The notes beneath the pieces were generated by a model that worked only from the letters and a program-made list of their open reading frames with translations, made no database searches and had not been told where the DNA came from. A program made the translations under genes and the position numbers. From an uncultured virus (IMG/VR IMGVR_UViG_2687453592_000007) (Duplodnaviria > Heunggongvirae > Uroviricota > Caudoviricetes): a DNA stretch of 21,500 nt. The stretch's first letter is position 1. Each line of letters opens with the position of its first letter. The stretch lies in the IMG/VR virus record IMGVR_UViG_2687453592_000007; one strand, written 5' to 3'. Shown piece after piece: positions 1-7,267 of the stretch.

Positions 1-154
1 CGCCAGGCCACTCCACATCGTCGCACAAGCGGTAGAGGTTGGTATCTGGGTGGCCAATTAACGCGAAGGCCTCCGCCTCCGTGTCAGCCCGCACGTAGCC
101 TTCGGGAGGGTTGGGCGTGGTGATGTCGGCGGCTATGCTGAAGACCCAGATCAT
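1..154 (-). CDS. Small hypothetical protein, runs off the left edge (MIWVFSIAADITTPNPPEGYVRADTEAEAFALIGHPDTNLYRLCDDVEWPG...)
   Basis: ATG at 154 with GGAGGA Shine-Dalgarno ~10 nt upstream; open frame to the window edge. Translated by hand, no family recognised. Confidence 0.5.
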   Translation of the reverse strand, partial: MIWVFSIAADITTPNPPEGYVRADTEAEAFALIGHPDTNLYRLCDDVEWPG

Positions 155-307
155 ATGGGGAGAGTCCTCCAGCGCCGTTAAGGAAGGGTTAAAGCGGGCG
201 AGGATCGCTCTCCCAGCAACAAGGACGCGTCTGCAACATTCTCGCACCGTTCCCCATATGTCCGCCTATGGCTGAAACGAATTTGCGTTTGCTTTCAAAG
301 CGTCTCG

Positions 308-356
308 GCGGATTGCAAATCCGTGTACAGGAGTTCGATTCTCCTACTCGCCTCCA
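308..356 (+). tRNA. tRNA-Cys(GCA) 3' half only (att-site fragment, not an intact tRNA)
   Basis: GCGGA-TTGCAAA-TCCGT anticodon arm, CAGGAGTTCGATTCTCCT T-arm, ends CTCGCCTCCA. No 5' acceptor strand or D-arm upstream. Confidence 0.85.
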
Positions 357-373
357 TTTACTTTCAAGCACTT
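310..373 (+). repeat. Left att core of element 1; 64-bp direct repeat identical to 7159-7222
   Basis: GGATTGCAAATCC...CTCCATTTACTTTCAAGCACTT is present at both positions, each immediately next to an integrase 3' end. Confidence 0.95.
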
Positions 374-424
374 GGCTCGACCACCCGCTTGCGCGGGGCG
401 CTCCGTTTACAGCGCCGTTTACAG
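362..424 (+). promoter_or_regulatory. Left att arm of element 1: IHF-like site (362-374) and two arm-type repeats CCGTTTACAG (403-412, 415-424)
   Basis: TTTCAAGCACTTG has one mismatch to the IHF consensus WATCAANNNNTTR. The 10-mer repeats at 12-bp period and recurs at the other end of the element. Confidence 0.7.
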
Positions 425-430
425 TTTTGT

Positions 431-1483
431 TCACGCTACACCCCCTTTCGCATGGGCAAGTTTGATCAGAACGGCATCGGTTTCGTCGGGAGAAACACGG
501 GCGTAATGCTCGATCACGTTCGCCGCGTAGCGGACCGACCAGCCCATGTGATTGGCGATCTCCGCGAGCGAGAGACCCGCATTCAACAGCCGCGTCGCGG
601 CCGTCCCGCGCGCATCGTAAAGGCGCAGGTCATCGGACAGCTTCGCCTTGTCGCGCCACTGGCGGACGCCCTCGGATGCCCGGTGAGGCGTGAGGGCATT
701 GCCTCTCGCGTTGGTCAGGATCAGCAGCCGACTGGCCGGGGTTGTGTCGATAATTTCGGCCAGCTCAGGCGTGATCGGGATATGGGCCAGCCGCTTGCGC
801 TTGTTCGTCCTGACGCGCAGGCGACGGCCGAGAGGAGTCTGCTCGACATGGGCTTGGGTCAGCTTGATCAGGTCGGCCGGGCGCAGACCGGTCTCGCAGG
901 CAGCGCAAAGAACGCGGCGCACCCATTCCGGGGCAACCGCGTTGAACGCGGCGCGGTCGGTCTGGGTCCAGACGATTTCCGAGCGGTCCACATCATAAAG
1001 CCGATGCAGCTTGTGACAGTAATGCTCGGTCAGCTTGCCCTCCTGCACCGCCCAATTCAGGATGCGGACAGCATGAGTGCCCGCCATGTCGTGCTGTTTG
1101 GGCGAGTGCTTCCAGAGTGCCCGCCAGGCATTCACTTCCCCGCGCGCGCCGCGCTCCTCGAAGATAACGGCAGGCGCGTCCTTGAAATGCTCGGCAAAGC
1201 GCAGCGCCCATTTGCGGATGTCCGCGCGGGACCTTTCGCCTTTGGGCATCGCGGTGCTGGACAGGAAGTCATCCACCATCCTGGGCGTCATGTAGTCGGC
1301 CGGTTGCGGTCGGGCGGCGGCGTCCGCGAAAGCCTGATAGAAGGCCGGATCGCGGGGCTTGCAGTATTCATCTTCCCAGAATTTCGGGCCTCCGCGCCAC
1401 GCATAGAAGTGAAAACGGCTCTTGCCGTTCGCCAGCTTCCGCCGGACCCGGTGCACGCCTTTGGGCAGGTCAGCTTGCGGCAC
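431..1483 (-). CDS. int: Tyrosine recombinase / phage integrase of element 1 (350 aa)
   Basis: Motifs ETGLRPADL, TNKRK, YDARGTAAT, HMGW, EHYAR; N-terminal arm-binding-like segment; adjacent to att. Confidence 0.95.
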   Translation of the reverse strand: MPQADLPKGVHRVRRKLANGKSRFHFYAWRGGPKFWEDEYCKPRDPAFYQAFADAAARPQPADYMTPRMVDDFLSSTAMPKGERSRADIRKWALRFAEHFKDAPAVIFEERGARGEVNAWRALWKHSPKQHDMAGTHAVRILNWAVQEGKLTEHYCHKLHRLYDVDRSEIVWTQTDRAAFNAVAPEWVRRVLCAACETGLRPADLIKLTQAHVEQTPLGRRLRVRTNKRKRLAHIPITPELAEIIDTTPASRLLILTNARGNALTPHRASEGVRQWRDKAKLSDDLRLYDARGTAATRLLNAGLSLAEIANHMGWSVRYAANVIEHYARVSPDETDAVLIKLAHAKGGVA

Positions 1484-1682
1484 GGCCTGCCCTCCACTTT
1501 TCGAGCGGCGTCATGTCCGGCGTAGCGGTATCGCCCGCCGCCACGGCTGTAATCAGGAAGCGCTTTCCATCGTTGGTCTCCACAACGATGGAAACCTGAT
1601 CATAGCCCGCAGCCTTCGCAGCTTCAAAAGCGGGTGTCAGGTCGGATTTTCGGATTGCGGCGGGACGGCGCTCCATCGTCAT
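1470..1682 (-). CDS. Small phage protein upstream of integrase (MTMERRPAAIRKSDL..., ~70 aa); possible directionality factor
   Basis: GGAGG RBS, ATGA overlap with the upstream ORF, 3' end overlaps int start. Function inferred from position only. Confidence 0.65.
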   Translation of the reverse strand: MTMERRPAAIRKSDLTPAFEAAKAAGYDQVSIVVETNDGKRFLITAVAAGDTATPDMTPLEKWRAGRAAS

Positions 1683-1828
1683 GCCTCCCCCAAACCGAGC
1701 GCGATCACGGCTATCTTGCCCGTGCGCGGGTCGATCTCGCCCCAACCCATCGGGATTTCGGCGCCGCAGCAGGCTTTGAGCACGCGCGCCACGTCTGCTT
1801 GGGTGAAGCTGTTCGGTTTGCAGGCCAT
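1679..1828 (-). CDS. Small phage protein (MACKPNSFTQADVARVLKA..., 49 aa)
   Basis: AAGGAG RBS before ATG at 1828. The FTQADVAR motif is typical of small int-adjacent alphaproteobacterial phage proteins. Stop overlaps the next start. Confidence 0.6.
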   Translation of the reverse strand: MACKPNSFTQADVARVLKACCGAEIPMGWGEIDPRTGKIAVIALGLGEA

Positions 1829-1975
1829 GTGCAGTTCTCCTTGCTGCGTTTCTATGGCGGAGAGAGGGGAGCGCCGGTTGGAATGGGAGCGTTGGCGAGA
1901 GTTACGCCAGCGAGACCTTGTATTCGCTCCCGCCCCCGAGAGCCGCTTGGACATGGATACTATCGACTTTGGCCA

Positions 1976-2581
1976 TCAGGCTTTGCCGCCTTCGAGCTCA
2001 TCCAACTCCGGCAGGTTGATCTCGCGCGCGGCATCCAGAACCTTCTTGCGCGCCAGGCTGAGGTTATAGAGTTGGAGGGACAGGGTTTCGCGTTGATCGA
2101 AGCCTTGCTTCAAGTCCGCAACCGCGCGCTCGATCTCCGACTTGGTGCCACCGTGCCAGGTGACTGAGAAGTTGGGGCCTTTCGTGATCTCCTCGATATC
2201 GGCGCAGGTCCAGACTTCGCGAGCGATCCAGATCTCCTCTTCCCAGACATCGAAGAGCCCGCGCGGAGGGTTCAACCAGGGCTTCGGACCAGGGTTATGG
2301 AAGTCGAACGGGCGCTGGATTTCGCCATGCTCGACCCGGGCGAATCCATTGCCCACAAAGGATTTGACATCCTGCGCTTTCAAACCGCCGCGGGTCAGGT
2401 CGAAATAGACCCGCATGCGGAGTGCATCGGACAGGGTGAAATCGGCCCACGAAAACACCGCCTCGTCGTCGGGGAAGCCGAAATTATCACCTTGAGCGAT
2501 GGGTAGAACGCCGCGACGGCGGCCCCCATCAAGCTCATTCCGCGTCCCCTCGGTGATTTTCAACAGATGGCTCTGGCGCAT
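1976..2581 (-). CDS. Hypothetical protein (201 aa), possible N-terminal DNA-binding region
   Basis: Long ORF co-oriented with the phage operon, protein-like composition; no family recognised with confidence. Confidence 0.7.
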   Translation of the reverse strand: MRQSHLLKITEGTRNELDGGRRRGVLPIAQGDNFGFPDDEAVFSWADFTLSDALRMRVYFDLTRGGLKAQDVKSFVGNGFARVEHGEIQRPFDFHNPGPKPWLNPPRGLFDVWEEEIWIAREVWTCADIEEITKGPNFSVTWHGGTKSEIERAVADLKQGFDQRETLSLQLYNLSLARKKVLDAAREINLPELDELEGGKA

Positions 2582-2753
2582 AGCTCTGGTCCCCCGCTTG
2601 CGTTTGCGAATATTGTTCGCAGACTATGGCAGTTCGCGCACGGTGTCCATATGCGAACTTTGTCCGCATCCTCCTCTGTCCGGTGCTTTGGCTACGCCGC
2701 AAACTGGCGGCAAGCGCCGGGCAGCCCGACGCGACGCGGCAGCGGTGCTCCAC

Positions 2754-3182
2754 TCAAGTCACCGGATAGCCGTCAAGGCCGGTGCAGGCCCTCCAGATTG
2801 AAGCGATGACGCGGCAATCATAGGACTGCGCCGCCGCTTCAAATCCCTCTGCATCTAGGTTGCCAGGGCTAACGAGGCTCCACGCCAAAGCCGTCAGAGC
2901 GGCGATGCCCTCCAGCGATGCAGGCTTGAGTGCCAGCATCATATCTTCGGCATCGTTCTCACGAGCCTCAGCGGCCAACGATCTCGGATCGTCCCAGTTC
3001 TCATTACCTGGAAGATCGGCCAGTTCGCGCCACTCTCGGCGGGCGCTGAGCCATTCGCGGTAGAGCGTGACCAAAGGGTCGACTGCACTCGCTTGGTCCA
3101 ACTGAGGCGCGTCAGCCAGGGCAACGCCAGAGCCAGGCAAGACCGCCAATGGGGCAGCGGCGAAGAAAGTCCGACGTTTCAT
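2754..3182 (-). CDS. Prophage hypothetical protein with twin-arginine-like N-terminus (142 aa)
   Basis: MKRRTFFAAAPLAVLP...ALA; ATGA overlap with 3179-3370. Confidence 0.8.
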   Translation of the reverse strand: MKRRTFFAAAPLAVLPGSGVALADAPQLDQASAVDPLVTLYREWLSARREWRELADLPGNENWDDPRSLAAEARENDAEDMMLALKPASLEGIAALTALAWSLVSPGNLDAEGFEAAAQSYDCRVIASIWRACTGLDGYPVT

Positions 3183-3370
3183 GCCCTCGCCTCCATCAGG
3201 CGGAGGGTGTGCCGCAGGGCCGTGCGCAGATAGCTGCGGGCCTCGCGTTCGCTCTGGGTGTACCGGCCGGGCCGCTCCGTGGCGTCGAGCGCGAGGGCGA
3301 GACAGTCGTGGATCTCATAAAGGCGGGCAGCAGGCAAAGCCGTGACGGCTGCCGGAAACGGGTTCGGCAT
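3179..3370 (-). CDS. Small prophage hypothetical protein (63 aa), first gene of the leftward operon
   Basis: GGAG RBS; divergent from the repressor; coupled to the next gene. Confidence 0.7.
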   Translation of the reverse strand: MPNPFPAAVTALPAARLYEIHDCLALALDATERPGRYTQSEREARSYLRTALRHTLRLMEARA

Positions 3371-3400
3371 TCTGGGCTCCGTTGATATGCGGTGGCGGTT

Positions 3401-3448
3401 TCGCTACAGTGTCTTCACGATAGCAACAAAATCGCTACTGTAAAGCGA
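3401..3448. promoter_or_regulatory. Putative operator region of the divergent switch
   Basis: TCGCTACAGT (3401-3410) and TCGCTACTGT (3432-3441) direct repeats plus an imperfect inverted copy ACTGTAAAGCGA, between the repressor and the leftward operon. Confidence 0.5.
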
Positions 3449-3469
3449 ATTGCACACGGTGAAGCGAAA

Positions 3470-3691
3470 ATGACACCCGCACAATGCCGAATGGCCAGAT
3501 CCGGCCTGTCCATGGGGGTCCGTGAGTTAGCGGAGGCTGCAGGCGTTTCAACCAACACGATCACGCGCTTAGAGAAGGGCGAGGCGCTGAAACCACGAAC
3601 GCTTGAGGCGATTCAATCGGCCCTTGAGTCCGCCGGTGTCGAGTTCATTCCCGAGAATGGCGGCGGACCAGGAGTGCGGCTTAGGAAATAG
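3470..3691 (+). CDS. XRE-family helix-turn-helix repressor (73 aa)
   Basis: MTPAQCRMARSGLSMGVRELAEAAGVSTNTITRLEKG...GVEFIPENGGGPGVRL is a classic alphaproteobacterial XRE pattern. Confidence 0.92.
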   Translation: MTPAQCRMARSGLSMGVRELAEAAGVSTNTITRLEKGEALKPRTLEAIQSALESAGVEFIPENGGGPGVRLRK

Positions 3692-3726
3692 AAATCTGAT
3701 CGGGTCCCACAAGTCAGATCGGGTAG

Positions 3727-4671
3727 CTATGCAGTCCACACGGGCCTGTCCCGCCAGTCGGTAGGAAACCCCATATTTGATCTATCCGCGTCTGATCTCT
3801 CCTCGATCAGCTCACGCAACCGGCTACGCAAAGTGCTATCCGTGCACTGCTGATCCATGAGATGAAGAAGAACCACAAAAACATTATAAATCCGATTGTC
3901 GTTCTGCCAATTTTGACCGTCGCACACCGCAACAAGGTCGCGTTTGAACCTTTTAATTTTAGGAAGCCGCTTGACTGTTCGGCGATTCCATAATCTTCCA
4001 TGGTGCGCACAAATATTACGCACATATGATAGAACCTGCAGGGTGCCTTCGACGATCTCTTTGGTGGGCAAGCCCAAGTCATGCCCTACCTTCGACTTGA
4101 TTGAATTGTCCTTTGTTGCTTGGAACCACTTTGAAAGCTCCCCAAGCGTCATCAATTCTGTAGCTGCCCAAAGCGGCGGAGAATAGGGGCTCGTGTATTT
4201 GCCCTTGTAGTGCACTATGAAGGTCTCTTCGGACTTATCCACTGCCCGAGCAAGACGGACGAGTTGTTCTGCGTGGCTCAACCCGTTGGAAAATAGTTCG
4301 TGATCTAGATGTGCATGGGGGCCGTAGGAATGCGACATATGGTAGGTCCAACGGGACCTCACATGAACCTCGACACGTTCAATCGCCTCAAGGACGATGA
4401 CGCGCAATCTACGATCAAAGACATATAGGTCAGTTACTGAAGAAAACGCTGTGCCGATATTAAAAATTTTACTGCGCGCGTCCGCCCCTTCAGCAACCTT
4501 TTCGAATGGCAGCCAATAGGCGCTTAGCCTGTAGTACCCAACTGTCTCAAGCCATTTTTTGGCGGCGCCGTGATCATCAACACTCATGCCTCTCTTTATT
4601 AGAAGCTGAAGTTGCTCATCAATATTGGTAGGCCGCTTAGTGAACTGCAACGTCGAAAGCAGGTCCCTCAA
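3727..4671 (-). CDS. Abi family protein (AbiD/AbiF, Abi_2-like) with HEPN RNase motif; start may be TTG at 4650
   Basis: EQLQLLIKRGM, VGYYRLSAYW, LYVFDRRLR, PPLWAATELMTLGELSKWF, HEPN motif RNICAHH; visibly more AT-rich than the flanks. Confidence 0.93.
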   Translation of the reverse strand: MRDLLSTLQFTKRPTNIDEQLQLLIKRGMSVDDHGAAKKWLETVGYYRLSAYWLPFEKVAEGADARSKIFNIGTAFSSVTDLYVFDRRLRVIVLEAIERVEVHVRSRWTYHMSHSYGPHAHLDHELFSNGLSHAEQLVRLARAVDKSEETFIVHYKGKYTSPYSPPLWAATELMTLGELSKWFQATKDNSIKSKVGHDLGLPTKEIVEGTLQVLSYVRNICAHHGRLWNRRTVKRLPKIKRFKRDLVAVCDGQNWQNDNRIYNVFVVLLHLMDQQCTDSTLRSRLRELIEERSDADRSNMGFPTDWRDRPVWTA

Positions 4672-4676
4672 ATAAG

Positions 4677-4730
4677 TAACCCCCCGGTATTGAGCTCGGC
4701 GTATCCGCCGGAAGCCTGGGGGGTGTTGTT
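4677..4730 (-). ncRNA. Candidate abiF-motif RNA (antitoxin/leader hairpin) upstream of the Abi gene
   Basis: ACCCCCC pairs with GGGGGGU, enclosing GCU-CGGCG(GAUA)CGCCG-AGC; lies between the promoter and the Abi start. Confidence 0.65.
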
Positions 4731-4737
4731 GCGAAGT

Positions 4738-4769
4738 TATCTACAGCAAGATGTACACCTTGTCAAGGT
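4738..4769 (-). promoter_or_regulatory. Sigma70-type promoter for the RNA/Abi unit
   Basis: TTGACA (4766-4761), 17-bp spacer, TAGATA (4743-4738). The palindrome ACCTTG-T-CAAGGT (4757-4769) overlaps the -35. Confidence 0.7.
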
Positions 4770-5078
4770 ACACGGTTCCGTCCGGTCCTCGCCGCCCGCA
4801 GCATCAAACTCCACTTAGGGACGGCACACACCGCCCTTAGATCTGCACATCGGCTGCTCGAAGACAGGCCGGGGCGTTTCCGCACCCCGGCCCGATGCCC
4901 GCCGCGCCCTGACGAAAACCCAGGCCGCGGGCTGTCGGGGTTCTTCGCCCACCATGCGGGACACTCACCGACTTGCCCCAATCGCGTTTGCGGACCCCTC
5001 CCCGCCAGGTGCGATCACCCCTGCCGCGTCAGAGCCGCCGCACGCGGCTCTGAGCATCCTTTTGGGCGGATCGCCGGA

Positions 5079-6188
5079 TCACGCGCCGGGGTTCTTGTAC
5101 CAGGCACGGTGATCGACGAACCCGGCCCCGAAATCGAGGCGCACCTTGAACTCGCTGGCATCGGTCTCGAAGCCGTCGCGGGTGAAGATCTGCGGCCCCG
5201 AAGCCCCGTCCAGATAGGCGTGCTGCAACGCATCGGGACGGCCCGGCAGGGCGGCGATGTACCAGGCCGCCGGGTCCGTCAGGTTGGCATCGGCCAGAAC
5301 CGTCAGCTTCTGCTGGAACGGGTTCACATCGTCGGCCGACGCGGCCGAGATTTCGGCCACCAGCCGTTCGGCCTGCGTTTCCAGCTCGGGCGGCACGATC
5401 AGAAGCGCGGGGTCCACCCGGATCGCCTCGCCCGCCAGCCCCTTCTGGCGACGCATCGCGGTGCGGGCGAGGGACAGCGAGCCGATGGAGAGGGCCGCGC
5501 CGGTCTCGGCCAGGTTGCCGTGATCGGCATGGAAGAGGGTCTTGCCATCCGACATGGCCGGACCCGCGCCGCCATTCGCCTCGAGGAGCCCGGCGAAGAT
5601 GCGCGCCTCGGTGAGCGCCGCACCCTGACCGAACAGCCGCGAGCTCTGCTCGAAAGCACGGAGGTCATCGTTCACGATGGCCTGGCGGGTCAGGGTGAAG
5701 ATCTTGCCATAGGTTTCCAGCACGAAGGCCTCGCCCGCGTCGGTGATCTGGCCTTGCCCGAACTCGCCGTTTTCCAGCACCTTCGCCAGTTCGACGCCGC
5801 CCGAGACGCGAACGGTGTTGATCGGCCGGAAATCCGGGGCCGAGACTTCGCGGGAGGCCTTCTTGATCTGCGACTCTGCGGCCTCGTAGGCCGCCAGCAG
5901 CACCTTGTTGGAGGCAATCGCCAAGGCCGTCTTGAAATCGTCGGCGCCCATCGCACCGCCCCACATCACGGCATGGCGCTGCCCCCGGAGGAAACTGCTG
6001 CCGGCCGACAGCCTCGCAAGGTCATCGAGCCGCATGTTCGCGAACTCCCGGCCGTGGGTCGGGACATGCCCGGACTGCATCCGCGCCAGAAGACCATCCG
6101 CCATCGCGTCGGCCCGAGACGGCGCTTCCTGACCGATGCCGATGGCGCAGGGGCGGATCGGCGGCTCGTTGCTGGCCATGAGCGCCAT
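5079..6188 (-). CDS. Phage major capsid protein (capsid part of a ClpP/scaffold/capsid fusion type)
   Basis: LAAYEAA, PDFRPIN, LAKVLENGEF, LETYGKIFTLTRQAIVNDDL, LFHADHGNL, LIVPPELE, KVRLDFGAGFVDHRAWYKNPGA. Frame open back to ~6280. Confidence 0.88.
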   Translation of the reverse strand: MALMASNEPPIRPCAIGIGQEAPSRADAMADGLLARMQSGHVPTHGREFANMRLDDLARLSAGSSFLRGQRHAVMWGGAMGADDFKTALAIASNKVLLAAYEAAESQIKKASREVSAPDFRPINTVRVSGGVELAKVLENGEFGQGQITDAGEAFVLETYGKIFTLTRQAIVNDDLRAFEQSSRLFGQGAALTEARIFAGLLEANGGAGPAMSDGKTLFHADHGNLAETGAALSIGSLSLARTAMRRQKGLAGEAIRVDPALLIVPPELETQAERLVAEISAASADDVNPFQQKLTVLADANLTDPAAWYIAALPGRPDALQHAYLDGASGPQIFTRDGFETDASEFKVRLDFGAGFVDHRAWYKNPGA

Positions 6189-6261
6189 GGCCTCGTTCGC
6201 GGCGACCCGGGCGATTTCCTTGGTGATCGCCGCCGCGTCGGTCTCCGGCAGAGCGAGACCC

Positions 6262-6562
6262 GCCAGGCGAGATTGGACGGCTCATGGATCATCAGATGCG
6301 CCGCGCGGTGCATGGCAATCTCGGCCGCCCCCATCACCAGGAGCGACGCGGCAGACGCCGCCACGCCCAACACTTCCACCCGGACCTGCCCGTGCCGGTC
6401 GAGCTGGGCCAGGATCGCGGCCCCGTCCGAGGCAATCCCGCCATAGGAATTGACGGCGATCACCACCGGCACGCCCGCATTGTCGTCCAGGAAGGCGCCG
6501 ATCCGGGGCGGGGTATTCTCGCCCTCGCCAATCGGCCCGTAGATATGAAGGGTTTCGGTCAT
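6262..6562 (-). pseudogene. N-terminal fragment of a ClpP-like prohead protease, out of frame with the capsid gene
   Basis: IYGPIG, INS-like VNSYGG, AASAAS (catalytic Ser), LMIHEP (His); similarity ends at NLAW and the Asp-bearing half is missing. Confidence 0.8.
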
Positions 6563-6666
6563 TCTGATACCTGAGCTTTGGGGAGCTGTTGCGGTTGCGC
6601 CGAGGGAGCGGCGGCGAGGCAGCTGCTGCTCGGCCGCTGGCTCTTCGGATTGGCAAGCCGTCTCAT
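6559..6666 (-). CDS. 35-aa linker ORF (MRRLANPKSQ...KAQVSE), possibly a deletion-fusion remnant
   Basis: ATGA overlaps at both ends (with 6663 stop and 6562 start); translated by hand. Confidence 0.4.
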   Translation of the reverse strand: MRRLANPKSQRPSSSCLAAAPSAQPQQLPKAQVSE

Positions 6667-7220
6667 GCCGCCACCTCGATTTCCGAGATATGCCGGAGGA
6701 ACGCGGTCTGATCGCGCGGCGCCATCGCCTCGAAAGAGGCCAGCGCGAAGGCTTTCAGCTCGGCCCGGTTGGCGAGCGAGGCCCAGAACCGGGCTTCCTC
6801 CATCCCGCGCAGGAACGGGGGCATGGGCGCCCCGGCCGCGCGCAGCACTGTGGCCGCCGTCATTTCGGCCTGCTCGGGCTCCAGCGACCGCAACGCCGCA
6901 TAGGCCAGCGAGGCCCGCTCGCGCGCCGTGAGCCGCACCATGGCCAGGAGGCGGAACCAGTCCCAGCCATCGAAGGACGCATAAGTCAGCGCATGGCCGA
7001 GAACCCGCGCCATCCGCTTATGCGCGGGCTTGATGTCTTTGGAGAGAAGTTTCGAGGAACGACTGCCGTTTACAGGCGCCTCGTAAGCGTTTGTTTTTTG
7101 AGAGGTCAGACCTGGGGGGCGTTTACAGGATTTGTCCGCGTTTTCCGTGTGGTCGGAAGGATTGCAAATCCGTGTACAGGAGTTCGATTCTCCTACTCGC
7201 CTCCATTTACTTTCAAGCAC
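6663..7220 (-). CDS. Phage/satellite hypothetical protein whose 5' end runs into the att core; start uncertain
   Basis: Protein-like region KPAHKRMARVLG...ARFWASLANRAELKAFALASFEAM...EIEVAA; frame open through the att arm and core up to TAA at 7223-7221. Confidence 0.7.
   Translation of the reverse strand: MLESKWRRVGESNSCTRICNPSDHTENADKSCKRPPGLTSQKTNAYEAPVNGSRSSKLLSKDIKPAHKRMARVLGHALTYASFDGWDWFRLLAMVRLTARERASLAYAALRSLEPEQAEMTAATVLRAAGAPMPPFLRGMEEARFWASLANRAELKAFALASFEAMAPRDQTAFLRHISEIEVAA
7065..7128 (+). promoter_or_regulatory. Right att arm of element 1: CGTTTACAG repeats (7067-7075, 7120-7128) flanking an IHF-like site (7084-7096, minus strand)
   Basis: Same 9-mer as at 404-412 and 416-424; AAACAAACGCTTA has one mismatch to WATCAANNNNTTR. 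Confidence 0.7.
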
Positions 7221-7222
7221 TT
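7159..7222 (+). repeat. Second att core (tRNA-Cys 3' fragment): right end of element 1 and left end of element 2
   Basis: Identical to 310-373; no 5' tRNA half upstream. Confidence 0.95.
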
Positions 7223-7267
7223 AGCGGGTTTCCGCGCTCCAGCGCGAAGCGGTGTCTAAGCAAGCGT

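Larger units (their letters stand above)
310..7222. mobile_element. Element 1: ~6.9-kb integrative phage-satellite-like island at tRNA-Cys
   Basis: Bounded by the 64-bp direct repeats; CGTTTACAG arm repeats at both ends; contains integrase, XRE repressor, Abi gene and capsid gene. Confidence 0.88.

Noticed and set aside
270..356. Intact tRNA-Cys gene
   Set aside because: No 5' acceptor strand (expected GGCGAG...) or D-arm upstream of either copy.
323..1525. 400-aa + strand ORF, and similar long ORFs 5109-6446, 7388-8410, 11993-13957, 14813-15484, 15994-16881
   Set aside because: Antisense shadows of recognisable GC-rich genes, with no motifs of their own.
3186..3196. CTCGCCTCCAT match to the att core
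   Set aside because: Only 11 bp and explained by the SD/C-terminus of a coding overlap; likely chance.
4909..4950. CTGACGA resembling a hammerhead ribozyme core
   Set aside because: No GAAA after a stem II and no stem I/III arrangement found.
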